DNA of 64,000 nt, taken from positions 17,112,001 to 17,176,000 of the forward strand of contig NC_086116.1 of NCBI RefSeq assembly GCF_963921235.1. Reading direction: 5' to 3'. Below are positions 12,001 through 24,000 of this stretch, piece by piece; position 1 is the stretch's first letter; each line of letters opens with the position of its first letter. The position numbers and the translations under genes are program-made. The notes beneath the pieces were generated by a model, which saw only the letters and a list, made by a program, of their open reading frames with translations, had not been told where the DNA came from and made no database searches. Source of the DNA: Mobula hypostoma (lineage: Eukaryota).

Positions 12001-15000
12001 TTATCAGTCCTCCAAGGAGAGAAGGCCTGGGTTTAACATTGACTCCATGTCATGTAATCAATTTCATCCCCTTGCATAGGTGAACTCATTGTATCAAATA
12101 TCATTATAAATTTGATTAACTTATTTTTGATATGAAAATACATAGGACTTTTTTTTATTATGTACGATCATGAACAATAGCCAGATCAGAAATGCTGATC
12201 AAGTCAGCTACTTCCCAAAGAGAATTCTGATAGGCCAATCAGATGGTTCACTGCTACTCAGCGATAGAACAGGCACAAGGGTCGCTAACCCCTGTACCCC
12301 AGAAACACACCTGAGCAGTGCGGCGGAGGTTATGTGCCATGCATGACCTGATCTGAAAGCGTCATGTTGACTCATAACAGATCATGTTCATGGTGGAACA
12401 GCTTGGTCAAGGATGGGGTGATCTGTACAGATGGACAAATTACACCTCCACTACCCCAGGACTTATATTGTGCACGGGACTTCATTGTAATCAGGTGTCT
12501 CTCAATATTTGCTGCTATATTATCTTGCAATCAAGATAATATGACAATGTTTAACTTGTTTGCTCCTGGTATGAGTCTGAATCTATCTGTATTATAGCAA
12601 AAGCTTCTGCTTGAGGATCATGACAAGACATAATGAATAGTTTATTCTTCATTTTTTGGTCTGTGAGTGTTGTGAAAAGTGGCTGTTGGTGCAAAAGGTA
12701 ATCTTTTCTAACAAAAGTGGGTTGAATGCTTGCAGATAGATTGAACGTACTATAGGATGCATATGAATCCACACCATGTAAGAGTCACTGAAAGAAATGA
12801 ATGTGGATAATTTGTAATGTAAAATGGGAAATGGACGGAATTTTCTTTTAGGCCTGCTTTTTTTTCTTACTGAAAAAAACATAAATAATTATAAAGATCT
12901 TGAGGGGTTTGATAACCTATATTTTTATATATGTTTTACATATTTTAACAGTAGTTAATTAATAGAAGTCAATCATTAGGGACCCCCACCACCCAGGACA
13001 TGCCCGCTTCTCATTGCTGCCATCAAAGCCGAACCACACCGCATCCAATTTCTCATCCAGGCAGTGTACGATGCGCTTCCAAGCCCATCAAACCTGCACA
13101 CATGGGGCAAGGCAGAGTCATCTGTGTGCCCACTGTGCTCCAAGCGAGGAACCCTGGAGCACATCCTCAGCGGCTGCGCAAGGGCACTTGGTGAGGGACG
13201 GTACAGGTGGAGGCATGATCAGGTCCTGAAGACCATCGCTGAAGCCGTCAGCGCAGGAGTTGAGTGGGCGAAGTGGTCCCGACCCTCCAAGCAGACCATT
13301 GCCTTTGTCAGAGCTGGGGAGCAGCCAATACCTGCCAAAAGAACATCTGCAGGCATTCTGACCTCTGCAAGGGACTGGCAGCTGTTGGTGGACCTCGAAG
13401 GGCAGCTGAAATTCCCCAACCATATCGCAGCCACCACCCTGTGACCAGACATTGTCCTGGTGTCTGAGTCTACTAAGCAAGTGGTGCTGCTGGAGCTGAC
13501 AGTCCCATGGGAAGATAGCTTGGAGGAGGCCTTTGAAAGGAAACTCTCCAAGTATGCAGGACTGGTCAGCAACTGTCAGCAGGCTGGATGGAGAGCGAGG
13601 TGTCTCCCAGTGGAGGCTGGTTGTAGGGGATTCATAGCCCATTCTTTAGTTAGAGCTTTCAGCATTTTGGGCATCGAGGGAGAGAGGAAGAGGAGAGCCA
13701 TCTGCAGTACCACCAATGCGGCAGAGAGGGCCTCAAGATGGCCGTGGCTCAAAAGAGGGGAGCCATGGAGCCATAAGTAGCTAGCCATCTGGACACAAGC
13801 TGGGGTCTGATCAGCCCCGGCTGGGTCACCTGGAAGAGGTTGTATGATGTTGAAAGACCTGAAACACCCAATGATTCCAGGAACATCACTGAAGATGTGT
13901 CCAGAAGCATCAGTAGATGTATGTACACAGGAAAGAGGTACAGAAGTCTGAAGACACACAGTTAGTGATTCAGGAACAGCTTCTTCCCCTTTGCCATTTG
14001 ATATCTGAATGGACATTGAACCCATGAACACTACCTCACTGATTTTTATTTCCTATACACTTCTTAATTAACGACTGTAATTCACATGGTTTCTCTCTAC
14101 TATCATGTATTGCATTGTACTGCTGTCACAAAGTTAACAAGTTTCACGACATATGCCAGTGATATTAAACCTGATCCTGACTCCGCGCCTCTGTTGATAG
14201 AGTCTCTCATTCATCTCATGTTTGTACCTCTCTATAATCACGTGTCCCAGATCTCCACTGTTGCCATTCTGTTACCCATTTATGGGACTGAGTATGAGAT
14301 GAGCCAGCAGTCCTTAGGGGAAGAAACCTCGTGTGAACCGAATGCTGCTTCCAACAGAACAAGTCATGGAACAAAAGCTCGGCAGATGCAAAGACAGCAA
14401 GGGTCCACCTAATGGAGACTAAAACTGTTCCTAAATGTTATTTCTGAGTTGTGATAAATGTACTGAATTTAATTAAATGCCTCATTTTATTTCCTTAACT
14501 GGGATAACAAGTGGATTGGAAAATTCCACCTGTGATTTTCATTTCTCTGTGGCTTGTAGCCATTCTTCTGTTGGAACTGTGCCCCTAAAGGCCTCCATCT
14601 CTCGTCCTTTTTAAGATGTTTCTTAATGGTCTTTGAGAAGTCTGTTGGCCACTCCATGATACTCCAAGGCATGGTAGTACAATAGTTAGCACAACGCTTT
14701 GCAGCACCAGCTGTAAGGTTGGGGTTCAATTCTTACCACTGTCTGTAAGGAGTTTGTACGTTCTCCCCGTAACTGTGTGGGTTTCCTCCGAGTGCCCCAA
14801 TTCCCTTCGACATTCCAAAATCACGTGGTTAGGGTCAGTGATTTGTGGGCATGCTTTGTTGGCGCCCTGCACGTGGCAACACTTGTGAGCTGCCCAGCTC
14901 AATCCCTGTTGATCAGATTTGAAGCAAGCGATGCATTTCTCTGCATATCTCAATGTACCTGTGACAAATGAAGCTCACCTTAGGTTAACCTAACCTTCCA

Positions 15001-18000
15001 TATATGAAATAAAATATAAACAGAAGGGCATGCAGCATGTGTTGAGAGAGAAAGCAGGACAAATTAGATGTAAACCAGGGGATAAGAACGGTTAATTAAT
15101 TACTTTATTTATTGAGTTATGGCATGTAATAGGCTCTTCTGGCACTTTGAGCCACGCCACCCAGCAACCCCTGATTTAATCGTAGCCTAATCATGACCAA
15201 TTAACCTAGCAACCGTACGTCTTTGAAATGTAGTAGGAAACCAGAGCACCCGGAGAAAACACACACCGTCACAGGGAGACATACAAACTCCTTACACACA
15301 CAATTTATGTATGTAGGTATCTGTTTGTCTCATGAGACCATGGATTTGCTACTTGGAAAGTTTCCAGGGTGCAGGCCTGGGCAAGGTTGTATGGAAGACC
15401 GGCAGTTGCCCATGCTGCAAGTCTCCCCTCTCCACGCCACCGATGTCGTCCAAGGGAAGGGCATTAGGACCCATACAGCTTGGCACTGGTGTTGTCGCAG
15501 AGCCATGTGTGGTTAAGTGCCTTGCTCAAGGACACACACGCTGCCTCAGCCAAGGCTCAAACCAGCGACCTTCAAATCACTAGACGAACGCCTTAACCAC
15601 TTGGCCACACGCCAACACTACAAACTCCTTACAGGCAGCAGGATTTGAACCTGGGTCATCGGTACTGTAAAGCGTTGTGCTAACCACTACGCCACTGTGC
15701 CACCCTAGTGGGCAGAGAAAAGGTAAAGATAGTTCTGTACTTGAGTGAAGGACAGCAGAGAGAAATACAAAGATAGTTCTATGTTTGGGTGGATGACAAC
15801 AGAGAGTAAGTGACAAAATGAAGAAGCCATCTGAAGGAGAGTGGTAAAAGTACTTAGTGAACAACAAAAATAGCAAAACCATCCATATATTTCTGGGTGA
15901 TTTTATTGTGTTACTCATTTTATTTTGGGGGTGATCCCTGCCTTATACACTTCTTATTCTATATCTTGGAATATAATGCATTCAGGATGTCTCGTAGTTA
16001 CAAGTTCTTGCCAGATAACATGTTAACATCAACCACCCACCCCATTACCTGTTTTTTTTCTTTGTTTTCAGGAACATGTGACAATAATCAGTTAAATGAC
16101 TTTGAACTTCGAGTTGGATCTATTGCTGAAAGCGGCCTCTCATTTATAAATGAGTGGATTCTGAAGGAACAATCATTGCAGCATTGTACTGAAGAAGAGC
16201 CGGTGGTCCATGAATGTGTGTCGACAGGAGATGAGTGTAACATTCTCCTCTCCTCCGTATTTGAGCCATGCCACAACGTCGTTGAGCCACAGCCATACCT
16301 CAGACTCTGCCAGAAAAAGGCTTGTGATGGCAGTGAAGTGTGCAGTTCCATTTCTGCATATAGCTTCAGGTGCAAACTTCAGGACATCTGTGTCAGATGG
16401 AGGTCGGAGAGTTTTTGCCGTGAGTAATCGCTTTGTGCATTTAGTCCCCCTTTGTCAGTGCCCTCACAGGAGATCTGACAGCACAGCGCCATAGAGAGAT
16501 ACATCACAGAAACAGGCTCTTCGGTCACCAAACAGTGGCATGACAGTGTTGCGGTAGTGCAATGCATTACAGTTGCCAACCGAAGGGGGTTCGATCCCTG
16601 CTTCTGGCTGTAACGAGTTATTTCCCGTGGCTACACGGGTTTCCTCTGAGTGCTCTGGTTTCCACCCACATTCCAAAGACATAGGTTAAGGTTAGTGAGT
16701 TGTGACCATGCCACATTGGCGGCAGAATGTGGCAACACTTGCAAACAGCCTAGCAAATCTTTGCTGATTTAACTTGACACAAAATGGCATAATTCACTCT
16801 ACGTCTCAAAGTACATGTGACAAATAAAGTTAACTTTTAACCTTTAAAGTTAACATCAGCTATCAATGACCTAATTTTACCCAAATCCTAAAATAATCTC
16901 ATGTTTTATATCCCCAGATCCTCATCAGCCTCCACCAGATTCTACCACTACCTACACACTAGGGGCAATACACCAGTAGGCAGCAGTGATACGAAGCGAG
17001 GGGTTTCCATATAAAATAAGCACATGGGGTTAGCATTATCTGTAAGCTTAATAAAGGTGATTAGGTGATTAAAGACAAACAAATTCCAAAGGTGGGAAAA
17101 TCCAGTGCAAATATTTACCACAGTGGCCACCTGGGAGTGAAATCAGAAAGTATATTAGCTAGTAAAGAAAAAATTAAATTTGGAATCCTTCCTGCAAAAG
17201 ATGGTGGATGATAAAACAGCTGGAGCATTGAAGAAGGGGATTGACCATTTTTTGTTGGTTAAGAGTGTCAGAGAATTTAGAGAAGATGATAAATAGAGGT
17301 TAATCATTGTCCCATTGGTTGGAGGAGTGGGCCTGAGGGACTGAATGTTTCTATCTTCTCCTTCTGCTCCCATGGATGCATCTATTATTTATTTAGATAT
17401 ACACTTTGAATCTTTCCCACTCACCCTTTCATTCTCGCTTGTTAGGCTGAAGTGCATTAGCTGAAGGGAGACCTGCTAGAATTTTATAAAATTATGAGTG
17501 GCATATACAGAGAGAATAGCAGCTCTCTTTTACCCAGGCCAAAATGTCCAATACCATTGGATAACCCAGGAAGTGACAAAGTGCTGCATCAGTAATTCCT
17601 GCCTTGGTGTAGTTACATGCACACAACGTTGTCCTGCTCTTTATATTGTAATTCAATGAGATTAGGCTTCAACATTGGACAGAACAATGCATGGTTTGCA
17701 TTTTTAGGGCAACATTCTGTAAAGACCTTGAGCTACCGACTAATGTCTGTGTTCAGCTACACAGAGTTACAAGTTTGAGCTCCTTTACCATTGTATGTGT
17801 TAAATCAGCATCTTGCTTTGCTTGGCATATTTATCACAATACAAAAGGGAGGCCATTCAAACTATCAGATCCCTGCCAACTCCTAGCAGAGAAATCCCAT
17901 CAGTCCCATTCTCCTTCTTCTTGCTTTCTCTGTAACCTTACAACCCAGTCTCTCTCTCTCTCTCTCATATCCATCAATTCTCCATGCCACTAAACCCAGC

Positions 18001-21000
18001 AGTAATTTGTGTTGGTCGGTCAGCCTACCATCATGAGAAGAAACCAAAGCATCTAGCAGGAACTTACAAAGGTCATGGGAGAGAACATGCAAAGTAGGCT
18101 GCACCCAAGGGCAGGATTGAATCCAGCTCTGTAGAGCTGTGGAACAGAAACAGAATTAGCAGTGTTGCCAATGACTGTGCCACTGAAGCACACAGTGAAA
18201 ATGCTTCTCTGTAGATACATTAGATGCACATACTCCAGTGTGTCACTGACATGATCCTTACCATACATACACAGTATATTGATCACCAAATTAGAACTGA
18301 TTTGGCAGCTAAATTGTTGTCCAGTTTCTGAAACTCACAGTACATTTGTTTTAATCCATCACCCTCTTTCTTTTCCCCTCTTGCTTTTAGCCATCTACTG
18401 CCCCGACTCCTTTGTGTATGAGCCTTGCGGGGTAAACTGCATCCAGCACTGCGAAAACATTGCACACGCGAATGCTACAAGTTGCCTGGGTTCTCCAAAT
18501 GAAGGCTGCTTCTGTCCAGGAGGCAAACTGCTATTGGAAGGGAAATGTGTCACTGACAATGTCTGCACTCAGTGCACGGATGAGCAGCAAGTTCATCATC
18601 AGGTACAAGTGTGACCACAGAAAATAAAATTAAGATGCTGGTACTTTTGTGGAAGCAAATAAAACTAATGCAGTCTTTGGAAACCTCAGATCAAAAGTAC
18701 TGAATATGGCACTTCTCAACACTATTCATAATGTGGCGATTTTAACCTGAAATTATCTATTGTTATGTTGATGAATTTGTGCAAAGCAGTGGAGATTCAC
18801 GAACAGGTTCACCTTCAACCTAGGTCATGCTTTGGGTTTTGCCTCTGATAGGATTCCCATGGTTGCATGAGTACTTCCCTGCACGCACACCCTGAAGTCT
18901 TACCTGGGTGGTGACTTCATGAAACACGATAATCCACAATGGGCCATTAGGCCGCAAGTCAGCGGAAACCAGCGTCCTGCCGTAGACCTCCCTGATATCC
19001 TTCTGACATCTGCCTTTAGCATGCTGTTGTGTACTCCTGCACAGCACTGTACAGGTGCTGAGGCTCAGACCGTACTGAAGTCCATGGTTTAAGTGACCAG
19101 ATATAAACTTGGCAAGTGCAGTGTAGTGTGGGGCAGTGTGAGATCATGCACTTTTATAAAAAGAAACAAAAGGCAGATTATTATCTAAATGAAGACAGAA
19201 TACAAATGGGTAAGGTTCAAAGGTATCTAGGCATTCTCGAGAACGAATCACGCAAAGCGAACGGGCCGATCTGACAAGTGGTTAAGAAGGCAAATGGCAT
19301 GCCGGCAATTATTGAAAAGGAGTTGAAGTTTAAGACAATGGAAGTTTTATTACAGATGTATTGGGGGAGTTAGTAATGGCCCAAAACATCAATTGTTTAT
19401 TCATTTCAGTAGATGCTACCTGACCTGTTGAGTTTCTCCAGCATTTTGTGTGTGTTGCTTTGGATATCCAGTATCTGCAGACTTTCTCATGTTTATGTTC
19501 TGAACCCCGATGCAGAGTTTTGATCCCCTTACCTAAAAAAGAATATGATAGCATTAGGGACAGTCAAAAGGAGATTGATCTGGATAAGTCTTGGGTTGAT
19601 AAGTCAAGATGGGATAGTTTGGGTCTGTATTCCTTTGAGTTCAGAAGAATGAGGAGTGGCCTTAATCAGACATATAACAGATTGACAGAATAGATGCAGG
19701 AGCGAAACCTCATAGTCTGCCATAGTACTCTCCAACCTCATGGCATGAAGATCAATTTCTCTAAATTCTGGATCCTCCCCTCCTCTCTGTCTTCTTTGTT
19801 TTCCCTCATTCTAGTGCCCCTCTCACCTCTTCTCTTCCACTATCATGTATTCACGAGATGCCCTTCACCTCCTTCTGGTTCCCCCACCTCCTTCTCTTTA
19901 TACCATTGCTCTCTCCCATCAGATTCCTTCTTCTTCAGCACTTTACCTCTTACACCTATCACTACCCAGCCTCTCATATCATTCCCTTTCATAGCCCTTC
20001 CACCACACACCCATCTACCCTCCTCATCTGATCTCAACTATCACCTGCCAGCTCGTCCCACTCCCCCCTCCCCACCCCACCTTTTTATTCTGGCTTCTGC
20101 CCTCTTCCTTTGCAGTCCCGATGATGGGCCTCAGCCCGAAACGTAGACTACTCTTTTCCCTCTGTGGCTGTTTCCTGGCCTGTTGAGTTCCTTCAGCATT
20201 TTGTGTGTGTTGTGAAGAATACCTTGTTTTGACATTTTTATGACAGGAAAAACAGTAACTTGAGCGAAAATTGTCATTACACGGACCAGTGGAAAGCCTT
20301 TAACATACTTCTAATGTGCTTTATTTTGTAGTATTTGGATACATGGATACCACAACATGATCCATGCCAGCTCTGCATGTGCTTAGAAAACAGACAGATC
20401 AACTGCACAAGCCGACCCTGCCCATCTATCACAGGTGAAAAGGAACTATCAGCTGCAATAGAAATGATTCTGGGCATTTGAGTGAATGAACTAGTTGTTA
20501 TGCATTATCTTGTTTGCCGGGTGACCATTCGTTCTTTCGTTACGTGCCGTGTCGTATGACATGGGTGATCATAATCTTTCCCTGAACATGATTGTTCTTG
20601 GCAAGTTTTTCTTCGGAAGTGGTTTGCCATTGCCTTCTTCTGGGCAGTGTCTTTACAAGATGGATGACCCCAGCCATTATCAATACTCTTCAGACATTGT
20701 CTGCCTGACTTCAATGGTCAGTTGTGATATGTACCAGCTGCCCATATGACCAAGGGTGACTTGCGGGCTAGCGGAGGGAAGGAGCACCTTGCACTTCCTT
20801 TGGTAGAGACGTATCTCCACCCCGCCACTGTGGGGGAACATAGCTCTACTTAAAATATGCAGCTTTTTCAGAGTTGCAGTTTCTCAACAAAATGAGTATT
20901 ATTGGAACAGTGATTCCCAATTATTTTCTAACTTACTTCGGAAGTCATTAATACCATTAACACAGAGGTATATTTTAACGAGTTTGTTAAAATGACCATT

Positions 21001-24000
21001 GGATCCAGTCAATAATCTGAACATCTAATCCTCACGTTGCTGAATATTTTAACACTTGAAATCCTCTTTTAAAGTTTGAATACTGAGACTTCAGCAACCT
21101 CACCTTGTCGGCATGAGTGCTTACATATCAATACTCATATTCCAAACTCACCCTGGTATGAGTTAACAGAACTATAGATTATGACGGTATAATGCATGTA
21201 ACTGATTCTTCAAAAAAATTCACATCTCCTGCATCTGTCTCCAGGATATGACTTTACATTCCAGGACATCAAAGATGTTCTCCTTCTTCAAAGAACAGGG
21301 GTTCCCTTCCTCCACTATTGATGCTGCCTTCACCTGCAACTCCTCCACTTCCTGAACATCCAATCTCATCCCATCTCCCTGACGCATTAACAGCGTTAGG
21401 GTTTCCCTCTTCCCACTCTTTTATTCTGGAGTCTTCCCCCCCTTCTTACCAGTCCTGAAGAAGGGTCTCAGTCCAAAACGTCAACTGCTTATTCATTTCC
21501 ACTGATGCTGCCTGACCTTCTGAGTTCCTCCAGCATATTGCGTGTGTTACTTCTTCAAAATTTATGCATAATTTCCAAAACAAGAAGGCTTGTTCTGATA
21601 TATTTTTTCTCTTTCCCTCTCTAGTACCCACGTGTGCCCCCTGTGAGAGTCCAGTGTTAAGACGGGTCACGGATGAATGTTGCCCACAGTATGAATGCCG
21701 TACGTATAAGTATTTCTGGCACTTGACTGTAATATTCAGAATGCATTCATGCTTCATGATTTCTGCTAAAAATAGAGCACGTTCGTTTCTGTCTGTGTAA
21801 GAGATTGGTGCAAGGATTTCTTTTATAGATGTTTTTACTTTGTTTACTACTAAGTGAAAGAATTTTTCCCCTCATTGAGTTAAATACAGAAAAACTTCAC
21901 TTAAATGGATGTGATTTTCTGGATTATTTAACGAGCTGTACTGCTGGCACGATGTTGTAATGTTGAACAATGAATGCTTAGAGAATGAAGGGAAGTACAA
22001 TTTACTCTCACAACCTGGCATGTATATTTTGCTAAAAATACTTTGTGTGGTGTGCTTGTACTTTGAAATTCCTCATTTTACATGCAAATTGTTACATTTA
22101 TTGCCTATGTCTAGGTTCTTTATCTGTACACTATGTAGCCTTCTGACATTACAACCACTTCTAGTTCTGCCCACATGCATATTTCTAAGTTTTATGCTCC
22201 CATTATATAGTCCTGAACTCCCTTAATTCTAAATCATTATCTCTTCCATTAAGTTGCTCCTTAAAACCTACAGCTTTGATGAACGTTACTAGTCCTAATA
22301 TATCAAATTGTTTTAAAGTTCTTCGAACGCACCTTGCTACAGCTTGGGATGATAATCGCTCTATATCAATGCAAAAATGTTGTAATATAAAGGATGTTTA
22401 CGTGAAGATTTGTAATTAAATCTTAGATGTGACACCATCATAGTTTATTCATTTATAAAAGCTACGAATTGAAACAGCAGTTCTATTCAAGCACCAGACA
22501 ATAACGGGATGTAATAGTAACTGCACCCTCTCACCAGCCCCTTATTACCATGACAATACATATGTATGAGTTGTTTCACTTCCATTTTACCCTCAGAATT
22601 CGAAAGAAATTACCCTCATTGTGTTATGGTTTATGGGAACTTTAAGCAGACACATCCTTACAAGGTAGTTCATTCAGTAGCAGGAATGGAGTGATTTTTT
22701 TTAAGCACAAAAGCAGAATAAAATAACCCTGAAATAAAACAGAAGCTGACAGGAAATGGGTATCGGCTTGGGCAGCTGTTGCACAAATGCAAGCAAATCT
22801 GCAGATCCTGGAAATCCAAAGCCACACACACAAAATGCTGGAAGAACTCAGCAGGCTAGGCAGCATCCGTGGAAAAGATTAAATAGTTGACATTTCGGAC
22901 TAAGACCCTGCATCAGGACTGGAAAGGAAGGGCGGAAGTCAGAGGTAGAGGGTGCGGAGGGGGGAGGGGAGGAAAAGTACAAGATGGCAGGTGATAGGTG
23001 GAACTGGGAGAGGGAGAGATGGTGAAGTAAAGAGCTGGGAAGTTGATTGGTGAAAAAGATAAAGGGCTGGAGAAGAGGGAATCTGATAAGAGAGGACCGA
23101 AGACCATGGAAGAAAGGAAAGTGGAAGAAGCACCAGAAGGAGGTGATGCCCAGGTAAGGGAATAAGGTGAGAGAGAGGAACAGGAATGGGAAAGGTAAAG
23201 AGGTGGGGGGCTGCAATTACCGGAAGTTCAAGTAATTGATGTCCATGCCATCAAGTTGGAGACGGAATATCAGGTGTTCATCTTCCAACCTGAGTGTGGC
23301 CACATCACAGCAGCAGAGGAGGCCATGGACAGACATGTCGGAATGGGAATGGGACATAGGATTGAAATGAGTGGCTGCCGGGAGATTCCACTTTTTCTGC
23401 CGGTAGAGCATAGTGAGAGAAACAGTGATAGTATTCCAGGTTGATGACCTTACTTCAGATGGAAGACATTAAGATTTGCAGGTTTAAACAGCTACAGAGC
23501 AAAAGGAAAGGGGATTTCAAACTATGCTATTGGATACTAAAATATCATATTTGAATTTGGAGACACAAGGGATTGTAGATGCTGGAATCTGGAGCAATTA
23601 ACAATCTACTGGAGAAAAATTGTGGGTCAAACAGCTTCTGTGTCATTTCAGTTGGAAGTTTGCTGCCTTCTAAAATAACAGAATGTTCTGATGAGGGTCT
23701 TGGCCTGAAATATTGACTCTTTATTCCTTTGTCTGGCCTGTTGTGTTCCTCCAGCATAGAAGGAAATCTTTAGTTACGTATTGGTACGTGTCAGTGTCAT
23801 GTGAAATAAATTTAAAAGCAAAATATTTTGCTGATGAATGATAGTGCTTTTTGTTTACTGCTTCATGCATTGTGCCTGCTTACGTAAAGTTCAGGAGAAT
23901 GTCACCTTTCTCTAATAATCAATACTCTTCCTTTCTGTAGTTTGTGATTTTCAATCCTGTGATTTACAACCTATTCCGAACTGTGAAGATGGAAGCTCAC

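Noticed and set aside
13838-13905. Hammerhead-like words (atgatg..gaaac, ctgaagatg) in the HERO-like 3' UTR
   Set aside because: I could not build stems I-III around a correct CUGANGA/GAAA core in the right order.
15897-16427. ORF-track boundaries for Cys-rich ORFs (also 18279, 27193, 30662, 34776, 63035)
   Set aside because: These are VWF exons read through into intron; true boundaries were set by splice sites.
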